Positions 17,997 through 27,298 of a DNA stretch of 64,000 bases are shown piece by piece; position 1 is the stretch's first letter; the number at the start of each line of letters is the position of its first letter. The position numbers were made by a program, and so were the translations under genes. The stretch comes from Burkholderiales bacterium (lineage in GTDB: Bacteria > Pseudomonadota > Gammaproteobacteria > Burkholderiales > SG8-39): the NCBI GenBank assembly GCA_017880775.1, contig JADGRQ010000013.1, forward strand, positions 5,368-69,367, given 5' to 3'. The notes below the pieces were generated by a model that saw only the letters and a program-made list of their open reading frames with translations, was not told the DNA's origin and searched no databases.

Positions 17997-19496
17997 ATGC
18001 TCTCGCGCGCCTGGTTGCGCGAGCGGCGGTGGATTGCGCTCGCGCTTGCGTTCGCGGCCGGCGCGGCAATGGTGGCCGGCTTCGCGCCGCTCGGCCTCTG
18101 GCCGCTCGCGCTTCTCGCCCCGGCCGCGCTTGTGCACCTCTGGCTTGCCGCACCGGATGCCCGCTCGGCTGCGCTAACCGGTTTCGCGTTCGGACTGGGG
18201 CTGTTCGGCGTCGGCGTGTCGTGGGTGTATGTGAGCCTCAACCAGTTCGGCGGGATGCCCGCCCCGATCGCCGCGGCTGCAACGCTCGGGTTCTGCGCCG
18301 TGCTCTCGCTTTATCCCGCCGCGGTCGGTTACCTGCAGGCGCGGTTGTTCGAGGACGACGCGCGGCGCGTCTGCATCGCGATCCCGGCGCTGTGGACGCT
18401 TTCCGAATGGCTGCGCGGCTGGGTGCTCACGGGGTTTCCGTGGCTCGCGACGGGCTACGCACTGGTGCCGACGCCGCTCGCCGGATTCGCTCCCGTGGGC
18501 GGCGTGTTCGCCGTTACGCTGGCGGCCTGGCTCGTCGCAGGATTCCTCTGGCTCGCGTGTCGGCAGCCGCGGAGCGGGCTAGGCTGGGCGCTGGCCGCGG
18601 CCGTTGCCACAATTGCACTCGGTGCCGCGCTCGACCGTATCGAGTGGACCCGGCCGAGCGGCGAGCCGCTGCGCATTGCGCTGCTGCAAGGTGCGATCCC
18701 GCAACAGATGAAGTTCGACGAGGCGCACTACGCGCGCATCCTGGCGACCTACGAGCGGCTCGCAGAAGACAGCCGCGCGCAACTGATCGTCATGCCGGAA
18801 ACCGCGCTGCCGCGTTTTCTCGACCGGATCGAGCCCGGCTATCTCGCCCGGCTGGAAGCCGTCGCCGTGCGCAACGGCGGCGACGTGCTGCTCGGCGTCC
18901 CGCTGCGCGACGCGCCCGACCGTTACTTCAACAGCGCCATCAGCCTCGGCGTTTCGCCGCGCCAACGCTATGACAAGGTGCATCTGGTGCCCTTCGGGGA
19001 ATTCGTGCCGCCGGGGTTCGGCTGGGTGCTGCAGGTGCTGCGCATCCCGCTTTCGGACTTCGCCTCCGGTTCGCCCCGGCAACGGCCGCTCGGGATTGCC
19101 GGCCAGAAGATCGCGGTCAGCGTCTGCTACGAAAACTCATTTGGCGAGGAAGTGCTCAGACAGTTGCCCGAGGCGACGATGCTGGTGAACCTGTCGAACG
19201 TGGCCTGGTTCGGCGATTCGCTCGCGCCGGCGCAGCACCTGCAGATCGGGCAGATGCGCGCGATCGAGACGCGGCGCACGATGCTCACCGCGACCAATAC
19301 CGGACACACCGCGGTGATCGCGCCGGACGGCACGTACGCGGGCGTGCCGCCGTTCGTCGAACGACGCCTGGATTCCTACGTCACCGGTCGCAGCGGCGCG
19401 ACGCCGTACGTGCGCGCGGGCAATGCCGCCGTGCTCGCGCTGGCGCTGCTGATGCTGGCGGCGGCCGCGCTTCTCCGCATAGGCCCGAAACGCTAA
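17997..19496 (+). CDS. lnt: apolipoprotein N-acyltransferase
   Basis: From MLSRAWLRERRWIALALAF (ATG 17997, 2 nt after the corC stop) within ORF 17133-19496; multi-TM N-half plus CN-hydrolase C-half (VMPETALP, VCYE..F, NVAWFG). Confidence 0.92.
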   Translation: MLSRAWLRERRWIALALAFAAGAAMVAGFAPLGLWPLALLAPAALVHLWLAAPDARSAALTGFAFGLGLFGVGVSWVYVSLNQFGGMPAPIAAAATLGFCAVLSLYPAAVGYLQARLFEDDARRVCIAIPALWTLSEWLRGWVLTGFPWLATGYALVPTPLAGFAPVGGVFAVTLAAWLVAGFLWLACRQPRSGLGWALAAAVATIALGAALDRIEWTRPSGEPLRIALLQGAIPQQMKFDEAHYARILATYERLAEDSRAQLIVMPETALPRFLDRIEPGYLARLEAVAVRNGGDVLLGVPLRDAPDRYFNSAISLGVSPRQRYDKVHLVPFGEFVPPGFGWVLQVLRIPLSDFASGSPRQRPLGIAGQKIAVSVCYENSFGEEVLRQLPEATMLVNLSNVAWFGDSLAPAQHLQIGQMRAIETRRTMLTATNTGHTAVIAPDGTYAGVPPFVERRLDSYVTGRSGATPYVRAGNAAVLALALLMLAAAALLRIGPKR

Positions 19497-19536
19497 ACTC
19501 GCGTAGTAGCGGGAAACTCGCGCGAATACACCGGCC

Positions 19537-20424
19537 ATGCTCTCCTTCCAGCAACTCATCCTGCGGCTGAACGAATACTGGGACCGCCAGGGCTGCGTGC
19601 TGCTGCAGCCCTACGACATGGAGGTCGGCGCGGGCACGTTCCATACCGCGACCTTCCTGCGCGCGATCGGGCCGGAACCGTGGAACGCGGCCTATGTCCA
19701 GCCTTCGCGCCGGCCCAAGGACGGGCGTTACGGCGAGAACCCGAACCGGCTGCAGCACTATTACCAGTACCAGGTGGTGATGAAGCCCTCGCCGCTCGAC
19801 ATCCAGCAGCGCTACCTCGACAGCCTGGCTGCGATCGGCATCGATGCAGGCGAGCACGACATCCGCTTCGTCGAGGATGACTGGGAATCGCCCACGCTGG
19901 GCGCCTGGGGGCTCGGCTGGGAAGTGTGGCTGGACGGCATGGAGGTCACGCAGTTCACCTACTTCCAGGAAGTCGGCAGCCTCGCCTGCAAGCCGGTGCT
20001 GGGCGAAATCACCTACGGCCTCGAGCGGCTGGCGATGTACCTGCAGAAGAAGGAAAGCATCTTCGACCTGGTGTGGACGCCGGGGGTGACCTACCGCGAC
20101 GTCTACTACCAGAACGAAGTCGAACAGTCGAAATACAACTTCGAGCACTCCAACGTCGAACTGCTGCTGCGCCTGTTTGTCGATTTCGAAGGCGAGGCCA
20201 AGCGGCTGATCGAAGCCGGCCTCGCGCTGCCCGGCTACGAGATGGTGATGAAGTGCTCGCACACCTTCAACCTGCTCGATGCGCGGGGCGCGATCTCGGT
20301 GACCGAGCGCGCGGCCTACATCGGGCGGGTGCGGGCGCTTGCGCGGCTGGTGGCGCAGGCCTACTACGATTCGCGCGAGAAACTCGGTTTTCCGATGGTC
20401 GCGGGCACGGCAAAGGCGGCCTAG
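19537..20424 (+). CDS. glyQ: glycine--tRNA ligase alpha subunit
   Basis: 295-aa ORF; [18 protein letters not shown]...[13 protein letters not shown] highly conserved GlyQ sequence. Confidence 0.96.
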   Translation: MLSFQQLILRLNEYWDRQGCVLLQPYDMEVGAGTFHTATFLRAIGPEPWNAAYVQPSRRPKDGRYGENPNRLQHYYQYQVVMKPSPLDIQQRYLDSLAAIGIDAGEHDIRFVEDDWESPTLGAWGLGWEVWLDGMEVTQFTYFQEVGSLACKPVLGEITYGLERLAMYLQKKESIFDLVWTPGVTYRDVYYQNEVEQSKYNFEHSNVELLLRLFVDFEGEAKRLIEAGLALPGYEMVMKCSHTFNLLDARGAISVTERAAYIGRVRALARLVAQAYYDSREKLGFPMVAGTAKAA

Positions 20425-22479
20425 ATGGAAGCCACGCTGCTGGTCGAGTTGCTGACCGAGGAGTTGCCGCCGAAGTCTCTAAAACAGCTTGGTCACGAAT
20501 TCGCCCTCAAGACATTGGACGGTCTTGCCGCGCTCGGCTTTATTGACTCGGTTGTGGGCTTTACATTCTTCGCGACGCCAAGGCGTCTCGCCGTACTGAT
20601 TCCAAACGTACGTGAGAAATCCCCGGACGTCACGCGTGACGTACAAGGGCCCTCGGTCGGTGCGTCGGCGCAGGCGGTTGCAGGTTTTGCGCGGAAATGC
20701 GGCATCGCGATCGAAGCCCTGAAGAAGCAACAGACACCGAAGGGCGAGGTCTACTTCGCGCACGTGACGACGGTCGGTCGGGCGCTAACCGATGTGCTCG
20801 CCGGCAAAGTCGAAGCCGCACTCAAGGCGCTGCCAATCGCGAAGTTGATGCGCTGGGGCTCGGGCGACGCACAGTTCGTCCGACCGGTTCACGGTCTCGT
20901 GATGCTTCATGGCGCCCGCATCGTTCCCGGCAAGGTGCTCGGGGTTGAATCGGGCAAACACACGCGCGGCCACCGCTTCATGGGCAGGATCGACATCGTC
21001 CTCGCCTCCGCAGACGAGTACGAAACGCGGTTGCGCGAAGATGGCATGGTCATCGCCGGTTTCGCTGCACGCCGCGCCCGGATCGAGGACGCCCTGAAGA
21101 CCGAAGCGACCCGGCAGAACGCAGACCTCGGAGCACATGAGGACCTCCTCGATGAGGTTACGGCGCTGGTCGAGCACCCGAGCGTTTACGTCGGGGAGTT
21201 TGACCCGGCGTTTCTGGACGTTCCGCACGAGTGCCTGATCCTCACCATGCGGAAGAACCAGAAGTATTTCCCGCTGTTTGGCGAGGATGGCAAATTGCTG
21301 CCCAGATTCCTGATTGTCTCCAACATGCAGCTCGACGACCCGCGCCACATTGTCGATGGAAACCAGCGCGTCGTCCGCCCGCGACTGGAGGACGCGCGCT
21401 TCTTTTTCGACCAGGACCGCAAGACGCGCCTCGAGGCGCGCGTGCCGCGGCTCGCGGCGGTGGTCTACCACGCGAAACTCGGCAGCCAGCTCGAGCGCGT
21501 CGAGCGAATGCAATTATTGGCGGGCAGTCTCGCGCGCGGGCTTGGCGGAGACGGGATGCTCGCGGGGCGCGCGGCATGGCTCGCCAAGGCCGACCTGCTC
21601 ACCGGAATGGTGGGCGAGTTCCCGGAACTGCAGGGCGTGATGGGTCGCCATTACGCGCTGCACGACGCCGAGCGCTTGGAGGTCGCGGACGCGATCGAGC
21701 AGCATTACAGGCCGCGCTTCGCTGGCGATGCGCTGCCGGAAGGGCCGGTCGCGATCGCAGTCGCGCTCGCAGAAAAGCTGGATACGCTCGCCGGCCTGTT
21801 CGGCATCGGTCAGCAGCCGACCGGCGACAAGGATCCCTTTGGCTTGCGGCGCGCCGCGCTGGGCGTGGTCCGCATCCTGGTCGAAAAGCAACTGTCGCTC
21901 GAGCTGTTCCTGCTGGTCAATGAGGCGTTTGCCGGCTTTGGCAAGCGGATCGGCGATGCGCACATCGACTTGGAAATGTTTATCTTCGAGCGGTTCGCCA
22001 GTTATCTCAAGGAACAGGGATTCTCGAAACTCGAAGTGGATTCGGTGCTCTGCCTCCATCCGACAAGACTTGATATCGTGCCTTTGCAGCTCGCCGCCGT
22101 GCGCGCCTTTCTGACCCTGCCGGAAGCCGCAAGCCTGGCGGCGGCGAACAAGCGGGTTGGGAACATATTGAAGCAGGCCGCGGCGAAGGGCGAATCGTTC
22201 CGCAATGCCGATCCGGATACGCTCACTGAACCGGCGGAACGCGCGCTTTTCGACGCGCTTCGCACCGCGTCCGCCGCCGCAAACGCGTCGTTCGATCGCG
22301 GCGACTACACCGGCTACCTCATGACGTTCGCAGTCCTGAAGGCCCCAGTGGACGCGTTCTTCGACTCGGTCACGGTCATGGTGGAGAACGACGCCTTGCG
22401 CCGCAACCGCCTTGCGCTTCTGACGGACCTGCGCGAAGCGATGAACCGCGTCGCCGACATCGCGAGGCTCGCCGCATGA
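20425..22479 (+). CDS. glyS: glycine--tRNA ligase beta subunit
   Basis: 684-aa ORF starting the nucleotide after the glyQ stop; LLVELLTEELPPK start, FATPRRLAV, ..EFPELQG.MG.YYA motifs. Confidence 0.95.
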   Translation: MEATLLVELLTEELPPKSLKQLGHEFALKTLDGLAALGFIDSVVGFTFFATPRRLAVLIPNVREKSPDVTRDVQGPSVGASAQAVAGFARKCGIAIEALKKQQTPKGEVYFAHVTTVGRALTDVLAGKVEAALKALPIAKLMRWGSGDAQFVRPVHGLVMLHGARIVPGKVLGVESGKHTRGHRFMGRIDIVLASADEYETRLREDGMVIAGFAARRARIEDALKTEATRQNADLGAHEDLLDEVTALVEHPSVYVGEFDPAFLDVPHECLILTMRKNQKYFPLFGEDGKLLPRFLIVSNMQLDDPRHIVDGNQRVVRPRLEDARFFFDQDRKTRLEARVPRLAAVVYHAKLGSQLERVERMQLLAGSLARGLGGDGMLAGRAAWLAKADLLTGMVGEFPELQGVMGRHYALHDAERLEVADAIEQHYRPRFAGDALPEGPVAIAVALAEKLDTLAGLFGIGQQPTGDKDPFGLRRAALGVVRILVEKQLSLELFLLVNEAFAGFGKRIGDAHIDLEMFIFERFASYLKEQGFSKLEVDSVLCLHPTRLDIVPLQLAAVRAFLTLPEAASLAAANKRVGNILKQAAAKGESFRNADPDTLTEPAERALFDALRTASAAANASFDRGDYTGYLMTFAVLKAPVDAFFDSVTVMVENDALRRNRLALLTDLREAMNRVADIARLAA

Positions 22480-23009
22480 AACTCGTCATCTTGGACCGCG
22501 ACGGCACCATCAACCACGACAGCGACCAGTACATCAAGTCGCCCGCGGAATGGAAGCCGATCAAGGGCAGCCTCGAGGCGATCGCGCGGCTCACCCAGAG
22601 TGGCTACCGGGTGGTGGTGGCGACCAACCAGTCGGGCATCGCGCGCGGCTTATTCGACATGACGACGCTCAACTCCATCGACGACACGATGCACAAGGCG
22701 GTTGCGCTGGCCGGCGGACGCATCGATGCGGTGTTCTTCTGCCCGCACGCCGCCGACGCGAACTGCGAATGCCGCAAGCCCAAACCCGGGATGCTGCTGG
22801 AGATCGGCCGGCGCCTGAACGTTGCGCTCGCCGGCGTGCCGATGGTCGGCGATGGCTTGCGCGACCTGCAGGCTGCCGCGGCGGTCGGCGCGCAGCCGGT
22901 GCTGGTGCTGACCGGCAAGGGTCGCAGGACACACAAGGAAGGCGGCCTGCCCGAGGGAACGCGCGTGTTTCCGGATCTCGCCGCCTTCGTCGACGATTTC
23001 CTTAAATGA
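22476..23009 (+). CDS. gmhB: D-glycero-beta-D-manno-heptose-1,7-bisphosphate 7-phosphatase
   Basis: 177-aa ORF; HAD motif I LDRDGTIN, TNQSGIARG, zinc-loop CPH....C.CRKP, MVGD; ATGA overlap with glyS. Confidence 0.9.
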   Translation: MKLVILDRDGTINHDSDQYIKSPAEWKPIKGSLEAIARLTQSGYRVVVATNQSGIARGLFDMTTLNSIDDTMHKAVALAGGRIDAVFFCPHAADANCECRKPKPGMLLEIGRRLNVALAGVPMVGDGLRDLQAAAAVGAQPVLVLTGKGRRTHKEGGLPEGTRVFPDLAAFVDDFLK

Positions 23010-23725
23010 TCCTGCTGCGCTCGAGCCTGTTCATGTTCGCGCTGGTCCTGTTCACCCCGCCCTACGCGCTGCTCGCCCTCGCCACTTTTGCGCTGCCGCG
23101 CATGCTGCGCTACCGCGTCATCTCCGGCTGGGCCTGCGCGGTGGTACCGCTCGCGCGGTGGTTGTGCGGAATCCGCTATCGCGTGGAGGGACTCCAGCAC
23201 CTGCCGGCCACGCCGTCGGTGATCCTGTCGAAGCACCAGTCCGCATGGGAAACGATGGCGTTCCAGAAGCTGTTCCCGCCGCAGGTCCATGTGCTCAAGC
23301 GCGAGTTGCTGTGGATCCCGTTTTTCGGCTGGGGCCTTGCGCTGATGAGCCCGATCGCAATCGACCGCGCAAAGGGCGCGGCGGCGCTCAAGGCGATGGT
23401 GCGAAAAGGGCGCGAGCGCATCGCGCAAGGCTTCTGGGTTGTGGTATTTCCGGAGGGCACGCGCGTTGCGCCCGGCAAGCGCCGGCGTTATCAGCCGGGC
23501 GGCGCGTGGCTTGCGACGAAGGCCGGCGTACCGGTCGTGCCGGTCGCCCACAACGCAGGCCTGGTATGGGCGCGCAACGCCTTTCTCAAGCGCCCGGGGC
23601 TGATAACGGTGCGCGTCGGCCCGCCCATAGCGACCGCGAACCGCAAACCGGAAGCGATCAACGCCGAAGCCGAAGCATGGATAGAAGCACAGCAGGCCGA
23701 ACTCTGTCCGCCCCGCGCGAGGTGA
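23006..23725 (+). CDS. plsC: 1-acyl-sn-glycerol-3-phosphate acyltransferase
   Basis: 239-aa ORF; acyltransferase motifs SKHQSAWET (H-x4-E variant of HX4D) and VVFPEGTR; ATGA overlap with gmhB. Confidence 0.87.
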   Translation: MILLRSSLFMFALVLFTPPYALLALATFALPRMLRYRVISGWACAVVPLARWLCGIRYRVEGLQHLPATPSVILSKHQSAWETMAFQKLFPPQVHVLKRELLWIPFFGWGLALMSPIAIDRAKGAAALKAMVRKGRERIAQGFWVVVFPEGTRVAPGKRRRYQPGGAWLATKAGVPVVPVAHNAGLVWARNAFLKRPGLITVRVGPPIATANRKPEAINAEAEAWIEAQQAELCPPRAR

Positions 23726-24423
23726 CCCTGCTCGGGCGGCGGGTCGAATACGGCATCAGCCGCAGCCGGCGGCGCACCATCTCGATCACCGTCGGTGCCG
23801 AGGGACTGGCGGTCAGGGCTCCCAACGCAGCGCGCATGCGCGATATCGAGGCGTTCCTCGCCGAAAAGGCGCGCTGGATCCTCACCCGGCTCGACAAGTG
23901 GCGCGATGCGCCGCGCGCCGCGCGACTCGCCGGGGTGGATGGGGAAACGCTTTGCGTGGCGGGCGAGCAACTGCGACTGGAAGTGCGCCGCGGTGCCCGT
24001 GCCGTCCCGCGCGAACCCGGGGCGCTGGTGCTGGCGGTGCGCGATCCGCTCGATGGCGCTGCGGTGCGCCGGGCGCTGGTCAGATCCTTGAAACGCATCG
24101 CCCTCGAGGCCTTCGAGCCGCGCGCCGCGGAGTACGCGGCACGCATCGGCCTCGGCCCTCCCCGGGTGGCGCTGTCGTCGGCGCGTTCGCGGTGGGGCAG
24201 TTGCGCCGCGAACGGGCGCATCCGGCTCGCCTGGCGCCTGGTGCATGTTCCCCGGCACCTCGCGGACTACGTGATCGCCCACGAAGTGGCGCACCTGGTC
24301 GAACTCAACCATTCGCGTCGCTTCTGGAGCGTCGTCGAGTCGATGTATCCTGATGTCCGCAACGCGCGGCGCGAGTTGAGGCTCGCCGGCGCGACCATTC
24401 CACTGATCAAAGGACTACCATGA
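23722..24423 (+). CDS. YgjP-like (DUF45/M48-type) metal-dependent hydrolase
   Basis: In ORF 23158-24423; [17 protein letters not shown] start region and C-terminal zinc motif [20 protein letters not shown] at 23722 overlaps the plsC TGA (GTGA); alternative ATG at 23677. Confidence 0.8.
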   Translation: MTLLGRRVEYGISRSRRRTISITVGAEGLAVRAPNAARMRDIEAFLAEKARWILTRLDKWRDAPRAARLAGVDGETLCVAGEQLRLEVRRGARAVPREPGALVLAVRDPLDGAAVRRALVRSLKRIALEAFEPRAAEYAARIGLGPPRVALSSARSRWGSCAANGRIRLAWRLVHVPRHLADYVIAHEVAHLVELNHSRRFWSVVESMYPDVRNARRELRLAGATIPLIKGLP

Positions 24424-24809
24424 GACTTCTGCATACGATGCTGCGGGTAGGCAACCTCGAGCGCTCGGTGAAGTTCTATACCGAGGTACTCGGCATGAAA
24501 CGCTTGCGTACCACCGACCGTCCCGAGCAGAAATACTCCCTCGCTTTCGTCGGCTACGACACTGAAGACAGGGCCTCGGTGCTCGAGCTGACCTACAACT
24601 ACGGCGTGGACAAGTACGAGCTCGGCTCCGCCTTCGGTCACATCGCTTTAGAGATGCCTGATGTGGCGAAGGCCTGCGACGCGGTTCGCGCCAAGGGCGG
24701 GAAGGTGTCGCGTGAGGCTGGTCCGGTGAAAGGCGGGACTACGGTCATTGCGTTCGTCGAGGATCCGGACGGGTACAAGATCGAGTTTATCGAGCGCAAG
24801 GGCGGGTAG
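24420..24809 (+). CDS. gloA: lactoylglutathione lyase (glyoxalase I)
   Basis: 129-aa ORF; [25 protein letters not shown].....KY.LAF.GY....VLELTYN.G...Y..G.A.GHIA; ATGA overlap with the upstream gene. Confidence 0.93.
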   Translation: MRLLHTMLRVGNLERSVKFYTEVLGMKRLRTTDRPEQKYSLAFVGYDTEDRASVLELTYNYGVDKYELGSAFGHIALEMPDVAKACDAVRAKGGKVSREAGPVKGGTTVIAFVEDPDGYKIEFIERKGG

Positions 24810-24821
24810 GTCGCGGTTCGA

Positions 24822-25958
24822 TTACCGGGAAGCTGGTTCCCGCACAAGCCGGTACCCGCTGCTGCGCCCCCCCTTGCCGGTAGGCGTGAGGCAGCCCTTG
24901 TCGACCAGATCGGCCAGCTCCCGGTAGGCGGTAACCCGGCTGGTCCGGTTCAGGCTCATGTATTTTCGGGTGTTCATGTCCCCCTCGAATCCATCCCGGC
25001 CGCCGTCAAGCAAACGATTGAGCGCCTTGCGCTGGCGCTCGTTGAGCACCGTCGCCTGATGACGCAGCCAGAACCGCGCCTTGGCGAGCGTGCTCGCCAC
25101 GGTACCTTCCGCCGCGCCGGCCGCGGCTTCGACCTGCTTCATGAACCAGACCAGCCAGTCGGTGACTTCGAGCCCACCGCGTTGCGTGCGTTCGAGGATC
25201 GCGTAGTAGTTCTCCCGTTCGCGCAGGATCTGCGCGGAAAGGCTGAAGCAGCGCATCGGCTGGCGCTCGTCCTGCGACAGTGCCATGTCGGTAATGGCGC
25301 GCGCGATCCGGCCGTTGCCGTCTTCGAACGGATGCAGCGTGACGAACCACAGGTGGGCCAGCCCGGCACGAATCAGGCCGTCCGGTTCGGCTTGCGGCGT
25401 GTTGAACCAGCCAAGGAAGCGATCGAGTTCCGCTTTCAGTACCTTGCGGGGTGGCGCGACGAAGTGGACCCGCTCCCGGCCAACGCCGCCCGAGACGACC
25501 TGCATGGGCTGTTGCCCGCGCAACTCCCCCGTCCGTATTGAGTGCAGCCCGGAAAGGCCGGTCGGGAAGAGCGCCGCCTGCCAGCCAAACAGACGCTTGG
25601 GACTCAGCGGCTGCGCATAGTTTCTGGTCGCATCCAGCAGGACCTCTATGAGGCCATCCACCGCACGGGGCGGCACGCGCATTCCCGCTGTCGCAAGCCC
25701 GAGGTGGCGGGCCACCGAAGAGCGCACGGCATTCAAGTCGAGCCGCTCGCCCTCGATCGCGCTGGTGGTGACGCCGTCCTCGACCAGGATTGCAGCCACC
25801 GCCTCCAAGGTCAGGCCGGGGTCGAGCATTCGCGCCGCGCCCAGCACCTTGCCCTGCGCGAGCCGCGCGCTCGCGAGCGCCGGCGCCAGACGCGCCGCAT
25901 CCCATCGAAAGCGCGGCCAGCCGGGTTGCTGCCAGATCCACGGGAGAAGCGACGGCAT
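24822..25958 (-). CDS. Fic family protein (DUF4172 N-terminus, C-terminal winged helix)
   Basis: 378-aa ORF; Fic motif HPFEDGNGRIAR (residues 209-220); N-terminal inhibitory-helix motif T-S-A-I-E-G (65-70); C-terminal wHTH-like YMSLNRTSRVTAYRELADLVDKG. Confidence 0.9.
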   Translation of the reverse strand: MPSLLPWIWQQPGWPRFRWDAARLAPALASARLAQGKVLGAARMLDPGLTLEAVAAILVEDGVTTSAIEGERLDLNAVRSSVARHLGLATAGMRVPPRAVDGLIEVLLDATRNYAQPLSPKRLFGWQAALFPTGLSGLHSIRTGELRGQQPMQVVSGGVGRERVHFVAPPRKVLKAELDRFLGWFNTPQAEPDGLIRAGLAHLWFVTLHPFEDGNGRIARAITDMALSQDERQPMRCFSLSAQILRERENYYAILERTQRGGLEVTDWLVWFMKQVEAAAGAAEGTVASTLAKARFWLRHQATVLNERQRKALNRLLDGGRDGFEGDMNTRKYMSLNRTSRVTAYRELADLVDKGCLTPTGKGGRSSGYRLVREPASR

Positions 25959-25993
25959 GTCTTATTCGCTCCACAAAATGAAGCGATTATGGC

Positions 25994-26191
25994 GTGCAAT
26001 CGCTTCAGCGGCAAATCGGGCTGGCGGCGCTCCTTTGTTTCATTCCGACCGGCGAGCAGCGACTTGTTACGATCGGCTATTCGTCGCAGGGTCGCTTGAT
26101 CGTCATAGCCCATACCGAGCGCGGAGAATGGATCAGAATCATCAACGCAAGACTGGCAACCTCGCAAGAGCGTAAACGTCATGAAACATAA
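25994..26191 (+). pseudogene. BrnT-type (DUF497) toxin, N-terminally truncated
   Basis: 65-aa ORF with GTG start; C-terminal ...EQRLVTIGYSSQGRLIVIAHTERGEWIRIINARLATSQERKRHE matches the BrnT core, but about 30 N-terminal residues (FEWD..K...N..KHG..F.EA) are missing and the frame is closed by TGA at 25979-25981, 21 nt from the Fic start. Confidence 0.55.
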
Positions 26192-26441
26192 GGCACAGGA
26201 TTCCGCGGATGAACTTCGGCCCGAATACGATTTCGACTACCCCAAGGCCGTCCGGGGTAAGTACTTTCGACGGCTTCTGAAGGAAGGCTCAAACGTTGCG
26301 GTATTGGAGCCCGACGTTGCAAGAGCGTTTCCGAACTCCGCTGCCGTGAACGACGCTCTGAGGTCCGTGCTCAAGGCGAAGCCGTCGGGGCGCGTGACAT
26401 CACGATCAAGCAGAACGGCGCGCAAGCGGGCCGCCACTTGA
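26181..26441 (+). CDS. BrnA-like antitoxin partner of DUF497 toxins
   Basis: 86-aa ORF; ELRPEYDFDYPKAVRGKYFRRLLKEGSNVAVLEPDVARAFPNSAAVNDALRSVL is the pattern I associate with antitoxins encoded just after BrnT genes; 11-nt overlap with the toxin remnant. Confidence 0.6.
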   Translation: MKHKAQDSADELRPEYDFDYPKAVRGKYFRRLLKEGSNVAVLEPDVARAFPNSAAVNDALRSVLKAKPSGRVTSRSSRTARKRAAT

Positions 26442-26596
26442 CGCGATGATGAAGACCAAGCCGCGTTCGAGCTAACGAACATCAGCATACAAGCCACCAA
26501 CGGACTTTCGGTGTTCGTTTCCCCTGAGGCGTCGCTACGGGGATGAAGCTGGGGCATTGGCGTGAAGTAGTTCCATTGCGGTAGGCCGGGCGGTTC

Positions 26597-26983
26597 CTAC
26601 TGTGTGCGTCCTTGACCAAGTGTTCCTACGCTAACGTCAATACGTCGATCGGTTTTCAGCCGTTCCGCGAGCACGAGGAGCGCAAGGTCGGCGAAGTCCG
26701 GGCGCAGTGTGCGGTAGCGCGTCGCCAGCGCGGCGATCCGGCCGAAATCGCCCAGCTCGACGTTGTGCACGGTGACCGCTCCGCGATCCAGCCATGTCAG
26801 CAAATTAATCAGCATCGGGTGAGATGCGCTGGATGTGATCCACGCTGCTTCAGTGACATTCGCGGCGGACGTGACCAACTCCCCGCGATATTCTTTCAGG
26901 AATGCCGCAACGGGCACATGCCATCGGTCGCTCGCGTCAAACAGAGCGACGAGCGGTCCGCTGTCAACCAGCAGTTTTTGCAT
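26597..26983 (-). CDS. PIN-domain toxin (VapC-like)
   Basis: From MQKLLVDSGPLVALFDASDRWH (codon 47 of ORF 26597-27121); acidic PIN residues (D7, E in NVTEAAW, D in PDFADLAL); 20-nt overlap with the upstream antitoxin. C-terminal end slightly atypical. Confidence 0.75.
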   Translation of the reverse strand: MQKLLVDSGPLVALFDASDRWHVPVAAFLKEYRGELVTSAANVTEAAWITSSASHPMLINLLTWLDRGAVTVHNVELGDFGRIAALATRYRTLRPDFADLALLVLAERLKTDRRIDVSVGTLGQGRTQ

Positions 26984-27227
26984 CGCGTCGCGCGCGGATG
27001 ATATCGCACGCACGCATCCGCGACAGATCCGGATTGCCGCTGGACACCTTGCCGAAGAGATCCTTCCCGAGATCCCACGGGGTCGGTTTGGCGCTTTTCC
27101 TGACGCGCGCGATTGCGTCATGCAAACCGCGGCGTACGAACTCGCTCTTGGTCAAACCCGCGGCCCGTGCCGCCGCCGCCAGCTCACGTTCCAACTCGGC
27201 TTCCATTTTGACGGTAAGCATATTCAT
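26964..27227 (-). CDS. ribbon-helix-helix (CopG-like) antitoxin
   Basis: From MNMLTVKMEAELERELAAAARAAGLTKSEFVRRGL (codon 19 of ORF 26964-27281), typical RHH N-terminus; immediately upstream of the PIN gene. Confidence 0.72.
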   Translation of the reverse strand: MNMLTVKMEAELERELAAAARAAGLTKSEFVRRGLHDAIARVRKSAKPTPWDLGKDLFGKVSSGNPDLSRMRACDIIRARRDAKTAG

Positions 27228-27298
27228 CAACCCTCGGGTATTACCAGCGGTATTACACCATGGTTGAAGCAGACGGCTCAATGTGTGTGCATGGCACC

